This document shows, piece after piece, positions 1 through 12,560 of a stretch of DNA of 56,960 nucleotides. The stretch is from Octopus bimaculoides (lineage: Eukaryota): positions 175,662,577-175,719,536 of the forward strand of contig NC_068982.1 of NCBI RefSeq assembly GCF_001194135.2. The letters run 5' to 3'. Position 1 is the stretch's first letter; each line of letters starts with the position of its first letter. The notes under the pieces are model-generated. The model had not been told where the DNA came from, ran no database searches, and saw nothing but the letters and a program-made list of their open reading frames with translations. The position numbers and the translations under genes are program-made.

Positions 1-874
1 TACCGCCAGCGAGTAGATAGGGCTCTTAATTGTAGATTTTAAATATTTGAGAGACAACAATGCATAAATCGTAATTTTTAAAAGAGCAATGAATTCTGGG
101 TGATTAGAATATAACGTAGCATGAATTTAGGAAGCTTAGAAAATGAATAAGCATGAATTTAAGACAACAACTGAATTCAATTGAATTTCATGGGAAAAGC
201 AATGTTGTGTAAGACATTTATTGTGTGTGTGTGTGTGTGTATGTGTGTATATATTCATGAACATACATACACATATGTGTGTGTGTACATATATGTGCCT
301 GTGTGTATTTACATACACACTCACACAAACAATATATAAACATATATACATGTGTGTGAAATCTGATCAAGAGAACTCAACCAGTAAGTTAATATGCTAG
401 AAGATCAAAATAGTTACTGCTTGGTTCTTAGTTCCTTCTGCAGAAGTCAATGACCTGCATTTCTAGTTGCTGGTTGTTAGTTCATTCAACAGATGTCAAC
501 GACCTAAGTGTCTCTACTGATGAATCAAAACCTGTTGTCTGCATCACATAATATTTTTACAAATCACAAATCAACATTTAGACTGTGCCTAATATACCAA
601 AGATAGCTCTGTTGAAGCAAAATTAATAAATTAAATACAGCCACTGCAATAAAATCACAAGAATAACATTGCATACTCTCACAAAGATGCATGCACTTTT
701 AGTGTTTTATTATTGTTACAATCATTTATGCATTTATATTTTGATCAAACCAGCAACATGGAGTTAGCTAACTGAAGAGTCAGTCACCTAGCTCTGGATG
801 TGTGAGTGTGTATGCATGCGTGCATGTGTATATGTATGATCTATCTATCTATCTATCTATCTATCTACTGATCC

Positions 875-1160
875 ATGCTACCGGTACTGGTGCTTCTACA
901 GCACCAGCCCAAGTGCATTTCACAGGTGCCAGTGCCACGTAAAATGCACTGGTGCTGGTGCCACATAAAATGCACTAGTACCAGTGCTGCTTAAACGCAC
1001 TTGTGCCAGTGGCATGCAAAATGCATGCAGCACACTCTGTAAAGTGGTTGGCATTAGGAGGGGCATCCAGCTGTAGATAGAAACCATGCCACAACAGACA
1101 AATGGTTTCTGGCCAGCTCCTGTCAAACTGTCCAACTCATGCCAGCATGGAAAATGAACG
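875..1160 (+). mobile_element. RTE 3'-end fragment
   Basis: GGTTGGCATTAGGAGGGGCATCCAGCTGTAG motif, CCAACTCATGCCAGCATGG and a GAT tail. Confidence 0.8.
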
Positions 1161-1182
1161 TTAGACGATGATAATGATATAT

Positions 1183-1560
1183 ATATTCTTTTATTCTTTA
1201 ACTTGTTTCAGTGATATGACTGCAACCATACTGGAGCACTGCTTTGAAGGGTTTTAGTTGAACAAATCGACCCAGAACATTTTTTTTTTATTGCCTAGCA
1301 CTTATTCTATTGGTTACCTTGGCCAAACCACTATGATACAGGGACATAAACACACCAACACCAGTTGTCAAGCAGTGATGGGTGGGGGGGTTGAGACAAA
1401 CAATTATGATGGGCTTCTTTCAGTTTCCGTCTACCAAATCCACTCACAGGACTTTGGTCAGCCTGAGGCTATAGAAGAAGACACTTGCCCATTTGGACTG
1501 AACCCAGAACCACGTGGTTGGGAAGCAAACTTCTTACCACACAGCCACACCTGCACCTAC
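1183..1560 (-). mobile_element. tRNA-derived CORE-like SINE (family 2)
   Basis: Homologous to 20385-20790. Contains the GGCAAGTGTCTTCT..TATAGCC core-like segment. Confidence 0.8.
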
Positions 1561-1921
1561 ATATATATATGTGTTGCAAGTAAGCATGTGTATGTAATAA
1601 TCTTCATCATTTAATGTCCACTTATCCATTTTTGCATGGGTTGGACAGAGTTTCTACAGCCCAATGCCCTTTCTGTCACCAACACTCAGCTGTTTCCAAG
1701 TAAGACAATATTTCTCCATAACCAAACCAGTTTTCACAGAAGACTAAACAAAGAACACCACTCCCTTGACTATGATATTTGTTTACAACTATCACAAAAA
1801 GTCAAGGTAACAGACAGTGAGACTCACACATATACAAACACACACGCACACACAGTTGACTGTTTCATTACTGGGAGAATTCAAGGAAAAATTAAAAAAA
1901 TTCTTTATGAGAGATAAATAC

Positions 1922-2059
1922 CATTTAATAGACATGGTAACTTAAATACGCGCTACTATTAGTTTCATGCTGTGAAAACAATAAATTTGCCTGTTTACTG
2001 AATCTTCACAGCATTAAACTAATAGTAGCTCGTATTTAAGTTACCATGTCTATTAAATG
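1922..2059. repeat. Near-perfect 55-bp inverted repeat with 28-bp spacer
   Basis: 1922-1976 and 2005-2059 are reverse complements at 53/55 positions. Confidence 0.95.
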
Positions 2060-2289
2060 AGACATAAACACGCACGCACGCACACACACGTATTGATATA
2101 ATATATCTTATTATTTCACTTAGGCATAATAATCTGGTGTTAGAAATCTACAGACAGCTGAAAGCTAATGAAGTTCATGAGATAATTTCTTATTCCCTTG
2201 TCATTTATTTAATTTATTATATATATAATATATATATACATGCAAGGTAATTCAAAATGAATCATATGAAAGGAAAAACACATGTGAAT

Positions 2290-2440
2290 GTTGTAATGAA
2301 TACATTGTGCTCATTGTTATATCTCACCTTACTGACAACATCTCTGTAGATGCTTATATGGCTCTCACAAGACATCCATCAACACCTAGATTCCTCTGTG
2401 ACCATCAGAACACAGTAAGAGGTATTCTGTCATACCTAAA
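2290..2440 (-). mobile_element. Degenerate RTE-clade RT fragment
   Basis: Minus-strand translation with frameshifts resembles RT text of the form WW.MRKLG.DE.LVRA.Q..YRD.VSKVR. Confidence 0.6.
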
Positions 2441-2479
2441 GATATATGCCTATATATACAGATACGTATGCACAATGTT

Positions 2480-3060
2480 AAAATCCCGCTATTCTAGTTT
2501 TTGTTTTCATATCTGAAATTTCTTTTATAATTCTACTACAGAATCCACTAAAAAAACTCAGTCATCAGCATATAGGAATTCTCATGGCAACGAGTCCTTA
2601 AAGTCCTATACCATAGCCTGGATGATTATAATGAACAAAAGGAGGCTGAGGCATAAGTCCTGATGTACCTCTACTTCACACTCATTTATCGTTATACTAA
2701 TTACTACCTTTCATTTTTCTGCAACATGTCCTGTACAGCTCTCATAAGACATTTATTTACCCCTAGCTTCCTCAACAACCATCAGCATCCAGAGCATGGA
2801 ACCCAGTCAAAAAACTTCTCTAGGTTGACAAGTGCCTAGTATAGAAGCTTTCTCCTGGCTAGATACTTCCCCTGGAGTCGTCTCATTCAGAAGATGGCAT
2901 CAGCAGAAGCTCCAGCACTTCTTGAGGCACAAAACCAAACTCCATCGCATTGGTTTTAATAGTTTTCTTAATCAGTTGCAATATTATCCTTTCAGTCTAT
3001 TACACAATAATTATAAGCACCAAATGCGGAAAGCAAAGAAACAGGCATGTATCACATAGC
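2480..3060 (-). mobile_element. Degenerate RTE-clade LINE reverse-transcriptase core
   Basis: Minus strand gives MEFGFVP, ADAIF*MRRLQGKYLA, LEKFFDWVP, EVHQDLCLSLLLFIII and EFLYADD, with stops and frameshifts. Confidence 0.85.
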
Positions 3061-3134
3061 AAGTGATTATGTTATGGAGATCTTGTCCAATCTCCACAAT
3101 TTCAAATTGAGCAGTAAATATATTTTTTGTACTT

Positions 3135-4290
3135 CATCATCATCATTGTTGTTTAACATCTTCTTTCCATGCTGGCATGGGTTAGACAGTTTGACTGAGG
3201 ACTGGCAAGCCAGAAGGCTGTAGCAGGCACCAATCTGATCTGGCAAGATTTCTACAGCTGAATGCCCTTTCTAATGCCAACCACTCTGAGAGTGTAATGG
3301 ACGTTTTTTATGTACTATCGGCACAAGGGCCGGTCAGGTGGTACTGGCATCAACCACAATAGACTGGTGCTTTTTATGTGCCACCAGCACAAGACCACGC
3401 ACAAATGGTGCTTTTTATATGTCACCGGCATGGGTGCCAGTCATTGTTGTGGCCAATGCCAATTGGCCACAACAATGACTTCCCTTGACTCAACAGATCT
3501 TCGCAAGCACAGTTTATTGCTCAATAATTGAAGGGTACTCTTAAATGGGCCAGTTATGCAGCACTGGCATAGGCCACGGTTACGGTCTCACTTGGCTTGC
3601 TGGGATTTGTCAAGCACACCATATCTTCAAAGGTCTCGGTCACTTGTCATTGCCTCCATGAGGCCCAGCATTAGAAGGTTGTGCTTCACCACCTCATCCC
3701 AGGTCTTCTTGGGTCTACCTCTTCCACAGGTTCCCTCAACCGCTAGGGTGTGGCACTTTTTCACACAGCTGTCCTTATCCATATGCAACACATGACCATG
3801 CCAGTGCAGTTATCTCCCTTGTACACCACATCTGATGCTTCTTATGTCCAAGTTTTCTCTCAGGGTGCTTACACTATATCATGTATGCACACTGACATTA
3901 TACATCTAGCAGAGTATACTAGCTTCATTTTTTGCAAGCTTATGTATTTCCTCAGCAATCATGACCCATGTTTCACTGCCATGTAGCATGGCTGTTTTGC
4001 ACACATGCGTCATACAGTCTACCTTTTACACTGAGCAAGAGGCCATTTGTCACCAGCAGAGGTAGGAGCTTTCTGAACTTTGCCCAGGCTATTTTTATTC
4101 TAGCAGCTACACTCTCCGAGCATCTACCCCAGCTACTGACTTGGACACCTGGGTAACGGAAGCTATCAACTACTTCTAGTCTCTCTCCCTGGCATGTGAG
4201 GGAAGCTGTTTCTTGCACATTTTCAGTGTTTATTGCCCCTGAGCATTTGCCACACACAAAAACTATCTTCTCAGTTAACCTTCCTTGATG
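3135..4290 (-). mobile_element. 5'-truncated RTE LINE (ORF C-terminus, 3' UTR and (GAT)n tail)
   Basis: FVCGKCSGAINTENVQ...VVDSFRY...RIKIAWAKFRKLLPLLVT, followed by a 3' UTR homologous to 9090-9594. Confidence 0.9.
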
Positions 4291-4991
4291 TATTATAGAT
4301 ATATCAATTATTTACTATTTATTTTTTTTATTACTAATGAGTATTTATTCATAATAAAAGGTTCTGTAAAATTATTATCAATATGGAAGTGACAGGCTTC
4401 AGTATGTTCAGGCATATCTCTGGCTGGTACAAATGCAGATCCACCCTACACATCTCCCATGACAAACTGTCACCTCTCATTATAACATCCATCATGTCAT
4501 GGCAACTTCCCCCACACCACTAAACAATCACCTCTTTTTTTGAGCCCAATAACATAGCTAGAGTGGGGCAGAGGGGTAGTCCATCTAGGGCAGCCCTTTT
4601 ATGGGGGTGGCACCACTTTTGGGTCTGCTGTATGCAAGATGTATTTGGGTGGGAGATAACAAACTGAAGGACTGCCCTGGGCAGCACACGCTCTTGCTAC
4701 ACTAGAGCTTGAGCCCTCTCCTAGTGCTCCAGAAATTCTTTAGTTGATAATCTGCACCCATCACGGCGACTCACAACAGTTCCTTCACCTCTAATGACAA
4801 CATCCATAACCTTTAACACCAAATTTCACCACTCTACTCATTACAATCAAGGTGTAAAAAAAGAATAAAGGTAAGACATCAACAAATGAGACATGGACTT
4901 TATACTCCTTAATACTGATACTCTAAGTGAGCAGTTACTCTGAATAAAAACTGATACACTTTTATATTTGCATGTTTTTGTGTGTACGCAC

Positions 4992-5255
4992 ATCATCATC
5001 ATCATCATCATTTAACGTCCGCTTTCCATGCTAGCATGGGTTGGACGATTTGACTGAGGACTGGTGAAACCGGATGGCAACACCAGGCTCCAATCTAATT
5101 TGGCAGAGTTTCTACAGCTGGATGCCCTTCCTAACGCCAACCACTCAGAGAGTGTAGTGGGTGCTTTTACGTGTCACCCGCACGAAAACGGCCACGCTTG
5201 AAATGGTGTCTTTTATGTGCCACCCGCACAAGAGCCAGTCCAGGGGCACTGGCAA
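4992..5255 (-). mobile_element. Young RTE 3'-end fragment
   Basis: (CAT)n-TTAACGTCCGCTTTCCATGCTAGCATGG..., nearly identical to 32117-32356. Confidence 0.9.
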
Positions 5256-6965
5256 AATAATGAGAATGTATTAGAAACTAAACTGATTTTTTGCTGGGAA
5301 GGAAAAAATTCTGGAAATGAAGATAAGTGCTACCAAACTGTAGAAACAAACAGGGTTCACATTGCACAAGAACATACACAGTTAGCAAAGTGCTATCAGT
5401 GGAGTCAACTCTTATGCAGAAACCAGTGAGAGAAATCATGACAGCCAGCTTTGGAATCTTACTTCACAATTGCATTTGGGCATGAAAGAGACCCTCATTA
5501 CAAAAAAAAAACAAAAAAAAAACTGAAGACTGGGATTGGGATTTGATAAACCAATTTGTTAGATGTATGAACTGCTATTAGCCAAACTATGTTTTATCTT
5601 CATACTTCAACCAAACACAAATAAACTTCCTCTATTGTCCTATTTCATAAGCAGATGTCAATGACCTCAACTGTCTACTGATGAATCTAAACCTGTTGTG
5701 TAAATGAACTTTTTACATGCCAGAAAACAACATTTAGGCTGTATCTAATGCAGCAGTCTAATACGTAAATTAATCAATATCTTTTTATTTCTATTTTCAA
5801 GTAAAACATAGAAACAGATATACATCCACTCGCATTTTATCCTAAAAGACAAAATAAAAGACAGGAAAAAATTACAATGGAGAAGACAAATGAAATATGT
5901 TGCATTGACATGATATTTTTTATAAAACTGCAGCATTAAGTTCAACGGACATCAAACTGACAGGATTTATCGAGTACAGAATAAGCTGCAACCAAAATAC
6001 CTGACTGACAATGTATTGTCACAGCAGTGAAAAGTGCAGGTAACATCTAGCAGACAAAGATCTTATCAGTGCAGTGGAAGTGCATGGGGTACCACATAGA
6101 TTTTCTCAAAGCAAACAAAGTGCAAGTTGTAATTCATATTAAGCACATTTTCTCACCAAACGGGGAAATATAGGTCATACTTATCAAGCAACATTTTGTT
6201 ACTGTTATTTTTTGTTTGTTTATTTGTCAAGTGCACCCACTAGACAAACACACATAATATGTGCCAATGAAGGAACAACTGAATGGTAACATGACCTGCT
6301 AAAAATAGCAGCCAAATCTCTGAAAAACCACATCTGCTTTTTTAGTTTTTTTTAAAGGAAGGAAATGTTGAATGAAGTAGTCTTGGATATATAAAAACAT
6401 GCGGATGGTTATAACTTTGCTTGTAATCAATACCTTTGATCATTTCCTTGCTTAGTTCTCGTCTGAAGGTAAACAACAACATATTCTATATTTAAAATAA
6501 AAGGTGATCACATGGATAGGTAAACCACAACAAGACCATACCTACTAAAATTTATACAGTCACATCCATTTAAACCAGTTCCTTTCTTTCTCTCACAAGT
6601 ACTATTTCTGCAACAACAATAGCAGTCTCTGTAATTGTAGTAGCAATACGAATACATAAGGTACCTACACAACTCGTGCACACCAAGTCAATTCCACAGC
6701 TCCATAAAGAACACTACATTCCCAATAATACTTACCCACAAATACAATCCTACCTGAATTACATTCTTCACATGAGTTTTCTCCCACTTCATGAATTTTG
6801 TACCAATTAAGCCGGTCATTGACAATATTAAAACTATTCAAATGTACTCACTAACCCACCAACAGTTTATGTGAAATCATAGAAAATAAAAACAAAAAAG
6901 GCTAGGGACACATACCTCTTTCTTCAATTAATTACTCAAAGAAAGATTGGTATTGCAGTATAACA

Positions 6966-7182
6966 AGTCGTTGTCGTCGTCATTTAACGTCCGCTTTCCA
7001 TGCTAGCATGGGTTGGACGATTTGACTGAGGACTGGTGAACCGGATGGCTACACCAGGCTCCAATCTGATTCGGCAGAGTTTCTACAGCTGGATGCCCTT
7101 CCTAACACCAACCACTCCGAGAGTGTAGTGGGTGCTTTTACATGCCACCGGCACGAAGGCCAGCCAGGCAGTACTGGCAATG
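6966..7182 (-). mobile_element. RTE 3'-end fragment
   Basis: Same tail consensus as 4992-5255. Confidence 0.85.
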
Positions 7183-7513
7183 TAGAGTGAATGATAAAGC
7201 AGCAGATAATTAATACACGGGTTCAAATTCACCAATAGCAACATGGTGTAGTTCATCAAGCTGTTTATTTAGCAGCTATTAGCTCTTACTAGGAAACTTC
7301 CCTTTGTATGTATATATAACCCATGCCAGCATGGAAAATAAATGTAAATGATGATGATGATATATATATATATAGCTGTGCAGTTAGGAAACTCACTTTG
7401 TAACCATGTGGTTTTGGGTGGCATCTTTGACAAGTACTTCTATAGCCCCAAGCAGATTAATGCTTTCTGAGTGAATTTAGTAGACAAAATCTGTGTGAAA
7501 GCTCTACGTGTGT

Positions 7514-7550
<37 letters not shown>

Positions 7551-7794
7551 GTCTCCTCACACTTCCCAACCAGAGTTGGTTACTTTATGTCCCTATAACT
7601 TAGTGGTTCACCAAAAGAGTACAACAGAAGGACCAAGCTTTAAAATAATTACTGGGGTTGAACAGTTTTGACCCTTTAAAGTAGAGCCAGCATGACTGAA
7701 GTTCAGTGGCTAAAACAAGTAAAAGAAAAGATATATATATACATATATAGTTATAAATGATATACATATATGTGTATAATATAAATAAGAAATA

Positions 7795-7980
7795 TCATCA
7801 TCATCGTTTAATGTCTGTTTTCCATGCTGGCATGGGTTGGATGGTTTGACAGGAACTGGTAAGGCCAGGAGCCATACCTGCTCCATTATCTGTTTGGCAT
7901 GATTTGTATGACTGGATGGCATTCCTAATGCCAACCACTTTATAGAATGTACAAGTTACTTTTTACATGACACCAGCACC
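7795..7980 (-). mobile_element. RTE 3'-end fragment
   Basis: Diverged copy of the tail consensus. Confidence 0.8.
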
Positions 7981-8490
7981 ATAAATCTTCTAATATAATA
8001 ATGAGCATGGAGTGCCTTTGGATTTAATTATCCCTTAGAGGCTTTAAACGCCTCTAACTGATACCTACAGTATATATATATATATTCGTCCAGAATCACG
8101 GAGGAGGAAGTGGAGAGAAAATTGTAATTCAGTGAAGGAGAAGTAGTGTGGGTAATATCTCTGACTGAGAGGGAGTGAGAGAAAGTAATAGCAATGAGAA
8201 AGGAAGGGGTTATAGATGAATAAGGAAGGAAGGGGTGAAAAAAAAAAAGTCAGTGTTTCAACTCTGTGTGAGTATATGTGTGTATGTGTGTGCGTGTACA
8301 AGGGAAGTATGCGAATGTTTGTATGTGTGATTATTATGTACCATATTTATATATAAAATACTACAATTAACTGTCATTATTGACGGCACATGGTCAGCTA
8401 GTATATATATAAAATATATAATCTAAATAAATACATATATGTATAAATGTAATATGAATATATATATATATGTGGTACAATAATTGTCAT

Positions 8491-9594
8491 AGGGGGAAAA
8501 ACTACAAGTAGTTGATAGCTTCCGTTACCTAAGTGACCAAGTCAGTAGTAGGGATGGATGCTCTGAGAGTGTAGCTACTAGAATAAGAATAGCCTGGGCA
8601 AAGTTCAGAGAGCTCCTACTTCTGCTGGTGACAAAGGGCCTCTTGCTCAGTGTAAAAGGTAGACTGTATGACGCATGCATGTGAACAGCCATGCTACATG
8701 GCAGTGAAACATGGGCCATGACTGCTGAGGACATGTGTAAGCTTGCAAGGAATGAAGCCAGTATGCTCCGCTGGGTGTGTAATGTCAGAGTGCATACACG
8801 GCAGAATGTATGTGCCCTGAAAGAAAAGTTGGACTTAAGAAGCATCAGATGTGGTATGTAAGAGAGACGACTGCGCTGGTATGCTCATGTGTTACATATG
8901 GATGAGGACAGCTGTGTGAAAAGTGTCACACCCTAGCAGTAGAGGGAACCCGTGGAAGAGGTAGATCCAGGAAAATCCGAGATGAAGTGGGGAAACATGA
9001 CCTTCGAACATTGGGCCTCGTGGAGGTGATGACATGTGACCGAGACCTTTGGAAATATGTTGTGCTTGAGAAGATCCGGCAAGCCAAGTGAGACCGTAAC
9101 TGTGGCCTATACCAGTGCAGCATAACTAGCTCATTTAAGAGTACCCTTCAATCATTGAGCAATAAACTGTGCTTGCGAAGACGTGCTGAGTCAATGAAAT
9201 TGTCGTCGTGGCTGATGACAGTACCACCTAATTGGTACCTGTGCTGGTGGCAAGTAAAAAGCAAGATTCAAGCGTGGTTGATGCCAGTGGCACATTAAAA
9301 GCACAATTTGAGTGTGATCGTTGCCAGTGCCGCCTGACTGGCTCCTGTGCCGGTATCATGTAAAAAGCACCATTCAAGCGCAGTTGTTGCCAGTGCCGCT
9401 TGACTGGCCCTCATGCCAGTGGCATGTAAAAAGTAACCACTACACTCTCGGAAATTCCGCAAAGCATTTTGCCTGGCATGTAGAAACTTTGCCAGACCAG
9501 ATCGGAGCCTAGAACAGCCTTTTGGCTTGCCAGCCCTCAGTCAAACCGTCCAACCCATGCCAGCATGGAAAGCGGACGTTAAATGATGATGATG
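8491..9594 (+). mobile_element. 5'-truncated RTE LINE
   Basis: GEKLQVVDSFRYL...HGSETWAMT...ERRLRWYAHV...EGTRGRGR, stop at 9089-91, 3' UTR with 66-bp repeats, and a (GAT)n tail. Confidence 0.9.
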
Positions 9595-10110
9595 ACATAT
9601 ATATATACACACAAATAGGTATATATATACACGTACACATATGGGTGTATAGAAATGTTTGTGTGTGTAGTTCTAAAATTGGTTGGAATTGGTCACATTG
9701 GGTAAGCTACTTTTATTATAGCCTTGAGTGAAATTCAATAGAAAGAAACTCTATGGGAGTCTATTGTATGCGTGTGTGCGTACATACGTACATATGATGT
9801 ATATATGTATATATGTATATGAGTGCGTGCACACACACAGATATATATGACAAATTACAATAAATACGAGTTTATCATAATTTCTCCTACATTTGCTTTG
9901 TATATCATAACAAATAATACAAAAAAATGTAGTAGTTGTTTAACCACTATACAAGAAGAAAACTGGACAATGATAATCTATGTGGAACACTAAACTTAAC
10001 AGTAGCAGTTGTACATCTATTTACACACAGAAGATAACACACTCTCTCTCTCTCTCTCTCTCTCGGTCAATCAGTTGATGTATATATATAAGTCTGTTAA
10101 AGTCTGTCAT

Positions 10111-10156
10111 ACCGGCCATGACGAAGGGAAATAGCATTGAAACTCGAGTCGCCTTT
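10111..10156 (+). ncRNA. Hammerhead relic
   Basis: GGC-C-ATGACGA-...-GAAA-CTCGAG-TC-GCC. Palindromic helix III, GTC triplet and 3-bp helix I are present. The core is disrupted and helix II is poor. Confidence 0.35.
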
Positions 10157-10949
10157 ATATATATATATTTATATTTATATATTTATATATTTGATCCTTT
10201 ATATTGAACACTCAATATTTCATCTACATTCAATACTTTCTTTCATGGTGCCATCCATTTTTATTTTATTTTATTTTATATTGTATATTATATTATATAT
10301 TGTATATTCCATATTCTATACCCCACATTAGTTCTGCAGGAATATAAATAAAACATAAAAAACAGACAGTGTTGGAACTCTTTTAAACAAAATAATATAT
10401 TCCTCTATACACAATCATACAAAAAAACCCACCTTTTTTGTATTTATTTTTACTTGCATATATATATATATTGTCTGACCCATGCAAACACGGGAAAATG
10501 AATGTTAAATAGTGATGATGATGATGATGATAAAGTTCTACATGTTTACATTTAAGCTACTTAAGTAGGTGATGTTGTTTATGTATTGTAACACGACAGT
10601 ATGGAGAAATACACAATGGTAGAATAAATAGCAAAGTTTAAAATAAGTACTTGGATTTATATGCTTGATTAAACCCTAAGAAGCAGTGCTCTAGCATGGC
10701 TGCAATCAAATCACAAGTAATAACTACAAGAACAAAAGAATATTCACAGGTAATTAAAAATATGTATATATCAATATATTGTGTTATAGATAATATAAAT
10801 GTATAACTAATAGATTGCATCAGATTTTCTTTCATAGTTTATTCATCAATTGTCTTATAAAAAAAACTTTTGTTTTATGCCTTCAATTTCATTGCATTGT
10901 CAGAGCATTACAGAAGTAAACAGAAAGAGAACAATATTGACTTCAGATT

Positions 10950-11143
10950 TTTGGGCCATGGCCAGCAAGTTCAGAGGTGGGGATAAGTCAATTACATCGA
11001 CCCCAGTACTCAACTGGCACTTATTTCATTGACCCTGAAAGGACAAGAAGCAAAGTCAACCTCAGCAGCATTTGATCTCGGAATGTAAATTCCACAAAGC
11101 CTTTTGTCTGGCATGCTAACGATTCTGCCAGCTCGCCACCTTC
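10950..11143 (-). mobile_element. Family 3 SINE (diverged)
   Basis: Reverse complement of the family 3 head and core. Confidence 0.7.
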
Positions 11144-11965
11144 AGAAGGCTGATGATTTGAAAAAGAACTTCTTTCAATAAAAGAAACTAGTCTTTGCTG
11201 CCCCCACCCTTGTCAGCAAGTATGCGCACCAATGCTACTACCACTACAGTAATAACTACTACAATTTTCAGTATATGCCTGTTAAAAACATTCCCTCTCT
11301 TCTCCCTACAACCTTTTCTTTACAACTAACCATTTAGCTATACAACATACATAGGTACATTAGCAAAGTAACAATAATAATAATAATAATATATAAGCCA
11401 GCTTCCAACATAGTCATTAAATGATGATGATTTATATGTAAAACAACTAGAGTGCAGCTGACAATAAAGCAAACCAAAAAAATCACTCCCTTCATTACAA
11501 AAATACAAACTATAAAATGCTGAAACCATCTGCATCCATAGTCGAAAATTCTGACAAACTGCAATTAACAACTAATAAGAATCAGTTTATAAAACCTGAT
11601 TAGAAAACTAGAACACATAACATTATAAAGTAATAGTTGTAGTAAGCACATTTTACTGCAGTGATAAATGAAAAGGTTAAACACAGCCAACACAACTCAA
11701 TCTTGCAATGATAATAGCATAGCTGTTGGGTGTTTGTCACATGAAAAGTGCATAAACCATTAAAAATTTATCATACAATGTTCATAGAGGACGTGTCTCA
11801 ATATCAGACGGCATGTGGATGAATAGGTGCTAATGTGTGTGTATGTGCTTTCATGTATAAAATTATGAACAAGTTTACATGTACCTCTATATATGTATGT
11901 TATTAAGTATATATGCACATATATGTGCATTGGGAGATATAGGTCATATATGTATCAAAATACAT

Positions 11966-11998
<33 letters not shown>

Positions 11999-12229
11999 AA
12001 GACACACACACACAAACATATAAATACACACACACACAAGTACATGAATATCAAATACTGCACTACAAACATTCTTGAATTATCAAAATTAACTCCACCG
12101 CTAGATGTATCATAATTAACAAATGGCATATCAAACCAGCTCCATATGAGACAGGAAGATAATTTCAAGAATCAAGAATTCTCTAATGTCATTAAAGAAA
12201 GGGTCAGACATTGTCTGGGGAAAAAAAAA

Positions 12230-12278
12230 GCTGTCATAGGCATGTGTTTCTGCCTCAATAGACATCATCAGTAACAAC
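12230..12278 (-). ncRNA. Decayed type I hammerhead motif
   Basis: Minus strand reads GTTGTTA-CTGATGA-TGTCT-ATTG-AGGCA-GAAA-CACATG-CC-TATGACAGC. U16.1 is replaced by C. Confidence 0.55.
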
Positions 12279-12390
12279 ATTTTGGTTATGATACAACCTC
12301 TAGAGGTGATATTTTATATACCTGTACTGATCTATGTGGTCCAAATACATGCCACTGGCCACTCTGAGTTCTCTTAGCACATATTTGTCA

Positions 12391-12396
<6 letters not shown>

Positions 12397-12474
<78 letters not shown>
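12397..12474. repeat. Long (AT)n microsatellite (others at about 13136, 15275, 16413, 17216, 27450, 42776, 43453)
   Basis: Direct inspection. Confidence 0.95.
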
Positions 12475-12479
<5 letters not shown>

Positions 12480-12560
12480 TTACATTAAGGGTTGTTACTA
12501 TAAGTAAAGCCACATGCTGGAAAGGGATGCTAAACTTAAACTACTTTAACAAAATATACA

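Noticed and set aside
516-540. CTGATGA here and at about 5678 as hammerhead cores
   Set aside because: No GAAA or helix III at a suitable position.
2500-2575. CTGATGA on the minus strand followed by GAAA
   Set aside because: It is the codons of the RT motif YADD (tat gct gat gac). No helices form.
9240-9440. CRISPR-like repeat array
   Set aside because: The whole 66-bp unit is repeated with no unique spacers. It is inside a LINE 3' UTR in a eukaryotic context with no cas genes.
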